From Oscillospiraceae bacterium (GTDB lineage Bacteria; Bacillota; Clostridia; Oscillospirales; CAG-272): 64,000 nucleotides of DNA. Every line of letters begins with the position of its first letter. Within the stretch, counting starts at the first letter, position 1. The notes beneath the pieces were generated by a model that was not told the DNA's origin, ran no database searches, and saw nothing but the letters and a program-made list of their open reading frames with translations. The stretch covers positions 12,593 through 76,592 of the forward strand of contig SVQI01000004.1 of the NCBI GenBank assembly GCA_015065455.1. The letters run 5' to 3'. Positions 1 through 9,501 of the stretch are shown here, in pieces. A program made the position numbers and the translations under genes.

Positions 1-309
1 GTTTACCTTCGTTATGTTTATATCAACATCTTTATCATTTAACTCTGTTATTTCTTTAAGATAAAGTTCTTCGTGTCCGTGTTTTATTGATGGAGTAACA
101 GAATCAGAGATATCCTTATCTGCAGAATTAAATTCAAGATGTTTTTTGTCAATCTCCTCTTTTGATGAAAAGTATCTGATAAGATTTTCATCGAGTAACT
201 GAACGTTATCGCTGATAGTAAGAGAAGTAAGAAAAGGGATATTATCTTTTTCATACAGATATTTCACAGAAGCGGCAAATTTCAAAATGTCTTTATTTTT
301 TAATTTCAT
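1..309 (-). CDS. Phage protein, DUF1617-like (3' end outside window)
   Basis: Read manually: AGGAG RBS (316-320), ATG at 309, open to base 1: MKLKNKDILKFAASVKYLYEKDNIPFLTSLTISDNVQLLDENL...KEITELNDKDVDINITKVN; family call from recalled resemblance only. Confidence 0.6.
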   Translation of the reverse strand, partial: MKLKNKDILKFAASVKYLYEKDNIPFLTSLTISDNVQLLDENLIRYFSSKEEIDKKHLEFNSADKDISDSVTPSIKHGHEELYLKEITELNDKDVDINITKVN

Positions 310-326
310 TAAATACTCCTATCATT

Positions 327-1256
327 TTAACTACTTAGATTTATGGTACCAACAACGTTTCCTGAACCGTTCAGAACGTACAACGTATATGTCGATCCGA
401 CTCTGTTTAGGGCAAATGAAAATGCGCTGTTACCCGTTCCGGTATCAAAGGTAAGAATATCGGAACTGTTTATAAAAAGTCTGCAGTTTATTTCGGGAGA
501 GGACATATAAAGTTCTCTACCTATTCTGGTTCCGTTATAGTTGTTTAATAGGTCTAGTCTGCTATTGTTATCAGTCATAATTTTGGAGGCAGTAACCGAA
601 CCGTTTGCAATATAGTCTCCGTTTATATAGCAAGAACCGTCTTTAGAAATAGAAAAAGTAGTATTTCCGGAGGGATTATAAGCTTTGAGCCAACAATCAT
701 CGGAAGAATTAGCTGAATTAAGGTATATAGAACCCTTTCCGGAAGCGGTACTTGAAATAGAATTTGATGAAATATTCCAACCGCCCACATAAGCCGAAAG
801 CGCTGATAGGTCACTAACCGATAGCTTGTCCGCGGATATAGAACCCGTTTTGATATTAGCACCGTTAATTATTGTTTCTCCTGAGTTTTCAAGGTCAGAA
901 AACTTGACAAAACCGCTGATAGAAACTGATTCGGATATAAGCGATGCAGCATAGCTTGTAAGAGCAAAATCAGTTGAAGAGTTAGAGTCTTTTATAAACC
1001 AATTTATTTTTTCTGCCGTTTGAGTGGTTTTTGAAAGTTTATCGTCAAGTGAAATAATAGTTTCATTGGCAAGCTTAGCGTTATCGTAGGCAGTGTTTAT
1101 GGTTTGAGATAGACTATCGGATAGGTTATCGTCATCAATATTCAGCATAATATATTGGAGTTGGTCGTGTAGAATTGCAAGATAACCTTTTATTTTTTCA
1201 AAGTTATGTCTGTCTGATATTTCGGAAAGAGAGGGAAGAGTAACGTTAAGTTGCAT
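327..1256 (-). CDS. Tail fibre/spike-like structural protein
   Basis: 309 aa; N-terminal coiled coil, INGANIKTGSISADKL and YIANGSVTASKI repeats typical of phage fibres, Ser/Gly-rich beta C-terminus; start overlaps the upstream stop. Confidence 0.65.
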   Translation of the reverse strand: MQLNVTLPSLSEISDRHNFEKIKGYLAILHDQLQYIMLNIDDDNLSDSLSQTINTAYDNAKLANETIISLDDKLSKTTQTAEKINWFIKDSNSSTDFALTSYAASLISESVSISGFVKFSDLENSGETIINGANIKTGSISADKLSVSDLSALSAYVGGWNISSNSISSTASGKGSIYLNSANSSDDCWLKAYNPSGNTTFSISKDGSCYINGDYIANGSVTASKIMTDNNSRLDLLNNYNGTRIGRELYMSSPEINCRLFINSSDILTFDTGTGNSAFSFALNRVGSTYTLYVLNGSGNVVGTINLSS

Positions 1257-3052
1257 TATACCACCTCACCTGCTTTTTCAATTACTTTTGTAAGCGAGTA
1301 AAGTTTAAAGTCGCCTTTTCCGGCAAACTTAAGCTTAAAATGGTCGCACCTCGGCGGGAGAATATGCAGTATACGTGTTGTAAGCTTGGAGCTTGTTAGT
1401 GTGTCGAAAAGCTCCCAATTGTTATTTGAATCCGTTTGTATAAATACAGAAACAGAACTGCCTTCGGATATCTCAATTCGGACTTTCAATTTGTTAAGAT
1501 ATTTACAGTCATCAAAAGAGAGACCAATAAGGCCGCTTTCAGCAAACCAGTCAAAATTATTTTCCGTTTTCAGTGAGTCTGAATAAAGTGTTTGACAAAG
1601 CTCGGGTATTTCTGAAGAGAATAATAGCTCCAGATTGTAGCCGTCTTGAGTGTGGTTTATGCTGAGAATATTCCCATCGTATTTTGAGAAAAACATATAG
1701 TCGGTGCTATCGTGACGATGCCAAAGATTTCTTACTATGTCGTATGCATACAGATGCCGCGTTTGATAGCTGTCTGTCAAACAAATAAAGTATGTGTTTT
1801 TACCTACTGCAGCTACGGCGTGAGAAAAAATTTCATTACCAAGCGGTTTTGAAATCAGAATAGGAGCGCTTCCTGAGTATGAATAAATTCCGTCATTGGA
1901 GTGATAGAACAGAGTGCCGTTATGATTGCAAACGGAGTTTTCGGAATGCTTCTTAATTCCTGGATATTTGTCATTATACACGGTAAAGTTTGAGGGTTTT
2001 GTTCCAAAAAGACGATGTATACTGTTTTCTTTGAAAAAAAGTACGTTGCCCATATGAGATGCAATACCTGTAAATTCTCCTTCGCTTCCGCAAGAAGCTG
2101 TATAACTGTCGGTAGATATACCTTGATATACGTTCCAGTTTGTTGGATCACCATGTTTTGAAGCGTATATTTCGTTGACAAATTCCCCTTTATTATTAAG
2201 ACCGTAACGGCAGCCAAAAAGTCTGTTCTGGTGTTCACAAACGAAATCCATAACAGGAACAGCGCGTTCTATCGTAATTCTATTTTGTCCTTCAAAAAGG
2301 CCTCCGTATACCTTATCAATATATCCGGGTACGGTTATTTGGTCATATTCCATATCAGCTACGGTATGATATCCGTCCATTCCAAAACCAAGGTTGGAAA
2401 TTTCTATTCCATCACCAATCTTCAATCCCATGTGAATATGATCTGCTAATATACATATATGAGTTGACGCGATGCTTGTCCAAGTATTATTAGTGGCAGA
2501 GTATATGTAAAGTTGGTTGGGAAACACAGAACTATCAAGCCACAATGCACCGTCTTCGACTTGCTGAGGTGTTTTTGGTAAAACTATCGGATATGGTCTT
2601 CCCGCAATGCATGGAGTCAACGAAACGCTTACATAGCTAAGTATGTTTTTAGAGTGCAGAAACCCTTTGCTGACACATATTTTATCCTCGTTCAGCGTCA
2701 TAGTGTCAATATAGTAATTGTCGGGGAAAACAATAATTTTACTGCCCATTGATACTATCTGTTTTTTTGTGTTTTCTTCAAGTTTGTCATATTGGAGAAC
2801 ACCGTTGTAATACAGTGAAGTTCCGATGACGTACGTAATGCCATTTGTGGTGTGAAGTGCGGAGGGCTTTTCGGGAAGTGATGTAAGAACTGATCTTTTC
2901 TCTCTTGTGGAAAGAATAGGAAAAAGTGAAGAAGTGGTATTTTGTGTGTTAGAAAAGAAGTTTTCTGAAGCAGCAGACGTTCTGTCAATACCGCCAAAAG
3001 TTGATATTGTGTTTTCTGTCAGTTTATAGGGTTTTAATTTTGGGAAAAACAT
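1256..3052 (-). CDS. Podovirus tail nozzle/stabilisation protein (P22 gp10 / T7 gp12-like)
   Basis: 598 aa beta-rich; N-terminal TFGGIDRT, DFVCEHQNRLFG and IYASKHGDPTNW segments; position after the adaptor. Confidence 0.65.
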   Translation of the reverse strand: MFFPKLKPYKLTENTISTFGGIDRTSAASENFFSNTQNTTSSLFPILSTREKRSVLTSLPEKPSALHTTNGITYVIGTSLYYNGVLQYDKLEENTKKQIVSMGSKIIVFPDNYYIDTMTLNEDKICVSKGFLHSKNILSYVSVSLTPCIAGRPYPIVLPKTPQQVEDGALWLDSSVFPNQLYIYSATNNTWTSIASTHICILADHIHMGLKIGDGIEISNLGFGMDGYHTVADMEYDQITVPGYIDKVYGGLFEGQNRITIERAVPVMDFVCEHQNRLFGCRYGLNNKGEFVNEIYASKHGDPTNWNVYQGISTDSYTASCGSEGEFTGIASHMGNVLFFKENSIHRLFGTKPSNFTVYNDKYPGIKKHSENSVCNHNGTLFYHSNDGIYSYSGSAPILISKPLGNEIFSHAVAAVGKNTYFICLTDSYQTRHLYAYDIVRNLWHRHDSTDYMFFSKYDGNILSINHTQDGYNLELLFSSEIPELCQTLYSDSLKTENNFDWFAESGLIGLSFDDCKYLNKLKVRIEISEGSSVSVFIQTDSNNNWELFDTLTSSKLTTRILHILPPRCDHFKLKFAGKGDFKLYSLTKVIEKAGEVV

Positions 3053-3079
3053 TATGCACCCCCATATTTATTAGAGTGA

Positions 3080-3454
3080 TTAAACGTTAAAATATAGTGT
3101 TTTTTTGATAGGCATATTATTTCGATTGTAATAATTTTCAAAATCACGGTATGCCGTTGAATAAAGAATGACGTCGTTGTTATATCTCGAAATATCTGAA
3201 AGATAAAGGTCTTTTTTTATTGTGAGAAAACGCAGATAAATATCAGAAAACGGTTCGGGCACGAGAAGTCTCGTATTGTCGTCAGTGTCTGTGGTATAAC
3301 CGTTAAACGAAATATGCTCAGGGTTTTCATGTGTAAGGATAATATCTGTATATATTGCAGAATCAAGCAACGAAAGCCAGTCTATCTTTATTTCCGAGGG
3401 AATATTATTTTTGACTTCTCTGTCGAATTTTTCAATAGCTTCTTTTAGTGTCAT
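3080..3454 (-). CDS. Head-tail adaptor-like protein
   Basis: ~124 aa helical protein (LLVPEPFSDIYLRFL) between capsid and nozzle; GAGG RBS favours ATG 3454 over 3466. Confidence 0.6.
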   Translation of the reverse strand: MTLKEAIEKFDREVKNNIPSEIKIDWLSLLDSAIYTDIILTHENPEHISFNGYTTDTDDNTRLLVPEPFSDIYLRFLTIKKDLYLSDISRYNNDVILYSTAYRDFENYYNRNNMPIKKTLYFNV

Positions 3455-3462
3455 AGTATTCC

Positions 3463-3690
3463 TCATTTGCTGATGGATTTTTTGTATTTTTCGGCTGCTT
3501 CATCAGCGTATATAGAATTTTGAATTACTTCTGCAAAGCAGCGTTCAACGTAAAACTGCTTGCCGGTGGGGATAGTTTTGTATCTTCCGTTAATTGAAAC
3601 GGTGCGGACCTCATCATCTTTAGAGCGTTTGGGAATAAAAATAGGAACCAATTCGTTTTGTGTGTTCTGTGTATCTTTTGTGTTTTTCAT
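3463..3690 (-). CDS. Small hypothetical phage protein
   Basis: AAAGGAG RBS then ATG 3690; 75 aa (VSINGRYKTIPTGKQFYVERCFAEVI) directly after the capsid gene. Confidence 0.7.
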   Translation of the reverse strand: MKNTKDTQNTQNELVPIFIPKRSKDDEVRTVSINGRYKTIPTGKQFYVERCFAEVIQNSIYADEAAEKYKKSISK

Positions 3691-3748
3691 AATAATACTC
3701 CTTTTATCTAATAATAATTCAAGCAAAACAGTTGTCTTTTTAAAAATC

Positions 3749-3779
3749 AGGGGACTTTTCTGATAAGAAAAAGTCCCCT
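3749..3779 (-). terminator. Intrinsic terminator after the major capsid gene
   Basis: Hairpin AGGGGACTTTTC-TGATAA-GAAAAAGTCCCCT with flanking T/A runs. Confidence 0.75.
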
Positions 3780-3791
3780 TTTTATCAAATA

Positions 3792-5126
3792 TCAGTTGCC
3801 TTCGCTAATGCTGTCAGCGAAAGAAGAAGAGGATTCAACGCGGAGAATATATTCATCTGCGAGAATGGCGGCTGTCATAAACGCTTTCCAACCGATAGAA
3901 CTTCTCTGATTAAGAGGGTCATTTCCATAACCTCTCTGCTTAACGATATGTTCAATAGTTCCTGAGCCATTTATGTCAATGATGCCGTAAGCATCGCGGC
4001 CGAGAAACAATGTTGAATATGTAGCGCAGCCAAGACTACCGCCTTCGCCTGCAAAAAGTGATGCGCTATCAGCGTTGGAAGTTCCACAGTCACTATCCAA
4101 GAATATAAATTTGTTTTCAACGTTAACGCCTGTTATTTTGTGTACGGATGCTTTGTTTGTTGAAGATTTAAATACCTGAACCAATCTGCCAACAATATCG
4201 GGAGAAAATTCATCCTTAACTGTAAACTGGAATGGTGTGGCGGTTCCGCAACCGGCAGATACAGTGCCTGTTCCTTCATTTGTGTATGCCTGTGCAGAAA
4301 TGTGTTTCTTGGTTGAAGAAAAGGGCTTACCGTAGTTAATCTTTGCTTCTGACGATTCAACAAATCTGACACCGCCGAGAGTACCGAGTTCACCGTTAAG
4401 AATGTTATCAGGATCGGCATATTTCTTGATATCAATCCAGGCATCTCCAGACTGCTGCATTAAGTCAAAGGCTACGTGAGGGTGAATGATGGCAACGTAT
4501 TTGCCATCGATTGTCGGAACGTTAAGGGCTTTAAGCTGGGCAGCAGCTTTAAAAACGTCAACAACACGAAGTCTGGAGGAGGGTTCAAGATATGCGCGTG
4601 AAGAAACGTCTGTTAAATACCCCTCATCATCATTGGGACAGTAATATACGTTGGTACCCGTCTGAAGAACGTCACGAATGACAGTATCAAGTGTTCTGCC
4701 CGCCTGGTCAGCAAGAAGCTTTGTAGCTTCGATAACTGTGTTGTCAATCGATGTCATTTCAATAAGGTCGGTCTGTTCGATGTAGTCACCGTACTGGTTG
4801 AGAGTGGCAGTAAGCGGAACTACCGTCATCTTTGAGCCTGAAGGAGTGATACCTTCTGTAATAGCGTTTGTGTTTTTTGCCAAGGGCTTCATTCTGCGAA
4901 ACTCAATAGTTTTTCCGCCGTGAGCGGGAATAGAGCGTTTCTGACCAAACTGTGCGTGTACGAGATTGGGTGTTGCAAGCTCGATAAGTGTTTTATCGTA
5001 GAATGTTTTCATTTCGGCAGAAAGACCGCCGCCGTTGTAGTTTTCAACAGTGCCCGCGTTTGAATTTACAAATCCTTCAGTACTATGAACTGTGCTGTTT
5101 GCGCCGTATGTGTTAGTGTTTTCCAT
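3792..5126 (-). CDS. Major capsid protein, N4-gp56 family
   Basis: LSAEMKTFYDKTL, GKTIEFRR, EGITPSG, QYGDY, GELGTLGGVRFVE and DPLNQRSSIGWK motifs; AGGAG RBS. Confidence 0.9.
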   Translation of the reverse strand: MENTNTYGANSTVHSTEGFVNSNAGTVENYNGGGLSAEMKTFYDKTLIELATPNLVHAQFGQKRSIPAHGGKTIEFRRMKPLAKNTNAITEGITPSGSKMTVVPLTATLNQYGDYIEQTDLIEMTSIDNTVIEATKLLADQAGRTLDTVIRDVLQTGTNVYYCPNDDEGYLTDVSSRAYLEPSSRLRVVDVFKAAAQLKALNVPTIDGKYVAIIHPHVAFDLMQQSGDAWIDIKKYADPDNILNGELGTLGGVRFVESSEAKINYGKPFSSTKKHISAQAYTNEGTGTVSAGCGTATPFQFTVKDEFSPDIVGRLVQVFKSSTNKASVHKITGVNVENKFIFLDSDCGTSNADSASLFAGEGGSLGCATYSTLFLGRDAYGIIDINGSGTIEHIVKQRGYGNDPLNQRSSIGWKAFMTAAILADEYILRVESSSSFADSISEGN

Positions 5127-5186
5127 AAGTTGTAATCTCCTTTTTTAATAGTTTTTGCGCAGGAGATTTTATTTAAGACAGATGGA

Positions 5187-6005
5187 TTAAAATCTTATTT
5201 TAGAGCCGTTTTCCACCTGCTTAAGAATAGAACGTATTTCTTCACCGGTGAGTGAAGATACGTCGGTTTTTCGGACAACTCCCGCGCCGTTGTGAAGTCC
5301 ATTTTCGGCTACGCGACTGCCTTGAGCACGAATGCTTTTGAGAGTCTGTTCGGCAACTTTTTTTGCAGTTCCGGAGACTGCGTTTTTTAAAAGCTCGTCC
5401 GAGTGTGCTGCTGTAAATGCTTTTTTTACGGGCATACCGTTTTTCAAAAGGGAAGCAAATACGGGATTTTTCAGTTCTGTTTTAAAATCAAAATTCGGAA
5501 AAATCTTTTTTAAAGCTTCACCTTCGGCAGCCCAACGGTTAGAAAGCATTTTTGCTTTGTTTGCAATATAGCGTTCTCTCATTTGCATTTCGTTTTTTTC
5601 AGCGTTACCCGTTTCAGATTTCTTTTCATCAGGAGCATCATTCTGCATTTTTTCAAGAAGCAGCGCGGTGTCAGAAGAATCAATTCCATATTTTTTGGAG
5701 AGAAAATCGAGTACAGGCTGCTGTTTTGCCTGAGCTTCCTCGAGAGTTTTCAAGGTCTTAAAACGCTTATCAATAATGCCCTGTGTGCGTTTTTTGAAAG
5801 CGTTTTCATACTTTCCACCCTTGATTAGCTTTTCGAATTCTTCTTCAAGCTGATTGCCGTCCAAAATGTTGTCGGCAGAAGCTGTGTCAGATACTGCTTC
5901 AGTTTCGGGAAATGCGTCGCCCGTATTGGAGGAGATATCGTTGGCAATTTCCTCTGATGCAAAAAACTGAAGAGAAATTTTAATGGGTAAATAAATATTT
6001 TTCAT
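5187..6005 (-). CDS. Capsid scaffolding protein
   Basis: 272 aa; acidic N-terminus, charged helical body, LQFFAS motif; lies between portal and capsid. Confidence 0.75.
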   Translation of the reverse strand: MKNIYLPIKISLQFFASEEIANDISSNTGDAFPETEAVSDTASADNILDGNQLEEEFEKLIKGGKYENAFKKRTQGIIDKRFKTLKTLEEAQAKQQPVLDFLSKKYGIDSSDTALLLEKMQNDAPDEKKSETGNAEKNEMQMRERYIANKAKMLSNRWAAEGEALKKIFPNFDFKTELKNPVFASLLKNGMPVKKAFTAAHSDELLKNAVSGTAKKVAEQTLKSIRAQGSRVAENGLHNGAGVVRKTDVSSLTGEEIRSILKQVENGSKIRF

Positions 6006-6054
6006 AACATCGTTCCTTTCCGAAGTGTCAGAGCTTTTTTGATAGCTCGTGTGA

Positions 6055-6086
6055 TATTATACTATAAAATGATTTTAATCTCTCCC
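6055..6086 (-). promoter_or_regulatory. Putative module-specific promoter GGGAGAGA-N17-TATAATA for scaffold-capsid
   Basis: Minus strand reads GGGAGAGA ttaaaatcattttatag TATAATA; same boxes and spacing as 10040-10071. Confidence 0.65.
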
Positions 6087-6150
6087 TAAAAGCAATATTA
6101 TATATGATTAAAAGAATAGAATTAGGAGAGAGTGAACAGATACAAATTGC

Positions 6151-8070
6151 TTATCGTGGAGCGCTTAAGTTAGCAGCTCTCTGGCGTGCTTTGTCAATTC
6201 TTGAAATACTTTTTTTGGTATATGTGTATTTTTTTGATGGTTGAGCTGTTTTCTGCAATGTAAGATCTGAGTATTTTTTTACATAACCTTCATATAAACC
6301 TGCCAGCTCAGGATGGTCTTTTTCGACAATGGAAGCAAGTTCAAGAAGCTTTGATCGTATTTCCGTATAGTTTGTGGAAAGCATACTTTTTTCGCTTATT
6401 TTTTCTGCAATGATCTGTTTGCCGTCAAACTCCATCATATCAAGACAAGCCAATGCTTGTTCTGCCTGTGCTGGATTAAAGAAGCCAAGTCGGTAAAATT
6501 CTTTTGCAAGCTCGTTTTGTGAAAGCTTGGTAAATGCAGACTGTTTTTGAGCTTTTACTTTAATGTCGAAGATAGGCAAGCGCAAACCGAGATCAAATCC
6601 AAAAGAACTTCCCATAGAACGTGGTAAAAGATTTTCATTGTTGTATGTAACAAAATCGTATTCTCCGTTTTCGCCCGTTATTCTGAAACAGCGGGGCAGA
6701 TCGTAAAATTGTCTGATAAGTTCAATTATAAGATTGTTGAGTCTAACAAAGATTCTGTATGAGCCTTTGATCATATCTCTTGACAGCTTACTTCCAGCTT
6801 CCTGTAAGGCGGCTATGGCAGATGCCGCGGTGACACCCGAGGCGGTATTTCCTCTTGTGAAGTCAGAGTTACCGGTAGTTTCTTTAAGTTCGTTAATTTT
6901 GTTGTCTATAAAAGATACGTAAAGAGGTGATATATCGGAAACACGGATGGGAGTCATACTGTCATTGGGGTTGCCGGAACCTGTGTAGTGGACAATAGGG
7001 TTACTCCAGTCAGCAAATTCTTTTTCGTTGATTGATCCGTCTCCTCTGGCAAAATAACGAACGGTTGACGCCATTCTGATGTTTTCACAAACAGATGCGC
7101 TCATAAGATCTATCTGCGTCTGTGTATCCTTCATAATATCGATGAAACCAAACCCGCAAGGCGTACCTTGTTCGGTAAACAGCTTATCAAAAACAAAGGG
7201 ATAAAGACCGTGATCGTAATATCCTTTATTATAGAGTGTGATATCGTTTTCGGAAGCGTAGAGTATTTGATCTGCGCAAAATTTACAAAGGTGAAGAATG
7301 GTTTTTCCGTTGTTATTTACTTTGTAATACCAGTCGATAACGGGAGTTTTATTGCTTGTGTCAACAGCGTCGTCGTATTGATATTTTGTTACGTCAATTC
7401 CGTATGAACCAAGTTTACCGTGCAGAAAGGGGTATTTTGCTTCAAGTTCATCGTTGTTAAAAAGCTCAACGTGAAAAATATTGGGGGATTTCTGTATATC
7501 CGATACACCGGGCTCCCAGAAAAGATTTAAAATGTCGCATCTTTTTATAGCGATATCGCCCGTGCCGTTATTGAGTGAGGGGTCCCAAAAGATTCCGTAG
7601 ACACCTGTTCCGCCTTTCAGCTTGTCATACCAAACGTCTGAATACGTGTCTTCAAATGAGTTTTGTTCGAGAATGACAGGAAGTATTTCAGTAAGCTGTT
7701 TTGCAGCGTCTGAGTCGCTTTGTTCTCTGGGAAGAACGATTGCTTCGGGGCAGTTATCCATAACGTCAGCGTGCTTGTTTGCGATAGCATTGAAAAGCCA
7801 GGCGGATGCAGGATTGTGTTTTCGGCTTCTGTCGCGAATCTGTTCCCAATGGCGCATTTTCCACCACTGTTCGTTTTCTGTAACTCTTTTTTCAAGGTTG
7901 GTTTTACCCGCTTTATAGTTTTTTAAGAGTGAATAGGCGCGGTCGAGGGATTTTTGATTGATTTTGTCAGGAGAATAATCGGGCGGGAGAAGCGCATCCG
8001 GATTGTTCTTGATGTAAATGGATGAAACAAGGTTTTTATCGGGGATTTTTTTGTTTTGTTTTTTCTTCAT
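6151..8070 (-). CDS. Portal protein (P22-like/podoviral type)
   Basis: 639 aa after terL; GTGVYGIFWD, YPFVFD, SGVTAASAIAALQEAG segments typical of portals of this class. Confidence 0.8.
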   Translation of the reverse strand: MKKKQNKKIPDKNLVSSIYIKNNPDALLPPDYSPDKINQKSLDRAYSLLKNYKAGKTNLEKRVTENEQWWKMRHWEQIRDRSRKHNPASAWLFNAIANKHADVMDNCPEAIVLPREQSDSDAAKQLTEILPVILEQNSFEDTYSDVWYDKLKGGTGVYGIFWDPSLNNGTGDIAIKRCDILNLFWEPGVSDIQKSPNIFHVELFNNDELEAKYPFLHGKLGSYGIDVTKYQYDDAVDTSNKTPVIDWYYKVNNNGKTILHLCKFCADQILYASENDITLYNKGYYDHGLYPFVFDKLFTEQGTPCGFGFIDIMKDTQTQIDLMSASVCENIRMASTVRYFARGDGSINEKEFADWSNPIVHYTGSGNPNDSMTPIRVSDISPLYVSFIDNKINELKETTGNSDFTRGNTASGVTAASAIAALQEAGSKLSRDMIKGSYRIFVRLNNLIIELIRQFYDLPRCFRITGENGEYDFVTYNNENLLPRSMGSSFGFDLGLRLPIFDIKVKAQKQSAFTKLSQNELAKEFYRLGFFNPAQAEQALACLDMMEFDGKQIIAEKISEKSMLSTNYTEIRSKLLELASIVEKDHPELAGLYEGYVKKYSDLTLQKTAQPSKKYTYTKKSISRIDKARQRAANLSAPR

Positions 8071-8109
8071 ATACAGTCTCCATTTCTGAATAGATTAAAA
8101 AAGTTTGTG

Positions 8110-9492
8110 TTAAACGTAGCTGTACTTTCTGTATCTTTCATCTCTCAATAGGTCAAGAGGGTCAGATGAAGGATATTTTGCAAGAATTTGTTTTTGAGGC
8201 TTTATGGGTCTTGACATACAGAAATAACGGAATGAGTCAGCGAAGTGGTCTTCCTGTGAAGTATCAAGATCCTCGGGGTTGGTTTTGCTGAACTGCAAAA
8301 GGGGAAGAGTTCTTATGGCATGCTTGCAGGTGTTAAAGAAATAGACCATAGGCTTTCCATCACTGTCGAAAGCAAGTCTGTAGTGAACTTGCATCCAGCC
8401 GGGAATTCTGCAATTATCTGCTTTTTGAAAATATACCTGATGTCTGTCAGCGGCGGCAATTATTGGCTCTCCGCCGTCCTCGCTCCAGATGGATGGATCG
8501 GCAATTCCGATAATTGATTTTCCTTTTAACCACCGATGCTCTGATTCTATTCTGTGAATTTCGGCAAATACTTTCTCAGCGTGCCATTTTAAGCCTTCGT
8601 TGGGGACGCCGTTGCTGCCGTAAAAGTGAAGAATGAGGTAGGCTCGTCCGTCGTAATCTATTGCCCACCAAGAGCAATCAAATGGTTTTGCAAATCCCCA
8701 GTCAAAGCTGCGTACGATATGCCAATCCGGTGGGATTTCAAAGGGCTCGATAACGTTTGTGAAGAGCCTGTCAGAATAATGTTCGGGCGCATCAATAAAA
8801 TCTTCAAAAAACTGTCCTTCAAATATGTTCCAATCACCGTCAAGCCAAGCCTTTTTTAGCTTTGGAGGCAAAGATGAAAGCTGCTTTGCATAATCGGGAT
8901 TTGTATCCATAAGCGCTTTATTGTCTGTAACAAGAGAACGTATAAAGCTGTAATCATTAGGATCTTCACCCTCTTTGTATACTCTATCAATGAATAAACG
9001 CTTTACCCACGAATGACCAACTCCGCCGGGATTGCAGGTGAGATATACTCTTTTTGGAAAGTTATTTACACCTCGTACCGTAACTTTAAGCTCGTCAAAC
9101 CATTCTTCTTTAAGCTGGGTTGCTTCGTCAATGAAAATAATATCCCATTCCGATCCCTGATACTGAGTCAGGTCAGCTTGACATGAGCAGTAACCAAAAC
9201 GAATTGCCGAGCCGTTTTTAAAAGCGAGTTCTTTTTTTGAATCGTTATAACTTGTAAGGTTTTTTGTTATATCGATAAGAGGGTTAATGTGATTGTTTCG
9301 GAGCTCGGCAAGTGTTTTTCTGATAATGAGTATTTTTATTCCCGAGTGCTTCAAAGCAAGTAATACCGCTTTTACTCTGACAGCCCAGGATTTACCTCCA
9401 CCTCTTGCTCCGCCAAAAGCAACGAATCTGTGCGTATCAAGCAGAAATTCTGACTGCTTTGGATTTGGAACTCCTAAAGAAATATGCTTCAA
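8110..9492 (-). CDS. Terminase large subunit
   Basis: Walker A GGARGGGKS, Walker B IIFIDEA, coupling motif LTCNPGG, nuclease motifs RSFDWG and EDHFADSFRY; GAGGTGA RBS before TTG. Confidence 0.95.
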   Translation of the reverse strand: MKHISLGVPNPKQSEFLLDTHRFVAFGGARGGGKSWAVRVKAVLLALKHSGIKILIIRKTLAELRNNHINPLIDITKNLTSYNDSKKELAFKNGSAIRFGYCSCQADLTQYQGSEWDIIFIDEATQLKEEWFDELKVTVRGVNNFPKRVYLTCNPGGVGHSWVKRLFIDRVYKEGEDPNDYSFIRSLVTDNKALMDTNPDYAKQLSSLPPKLKKAWLDGDWNIFEGQFFEDFIDAPEHYSDRLFTNVIEPFEIPPDWHIVRSFDWGFAKPFDCSWWAIDYDGRAYLILHFYGSNGVPNEGLKWHAEKVFAEIHRIESEHRWLKGKSIIGIADPSIWSEDGGEPIIAAADRHQVYFQKADNCRIPGWMQVHYRLAFDSDGKPMVYFFNTCKHAIRTLPLLQFSKTNPEDLDTSQEDHFADSFRYFCMSRPIKPQKQILAKYPSSDPLDLLRDERYRKYSYV

Positions 9493-9501
9493 GCTATCAC
9501 C

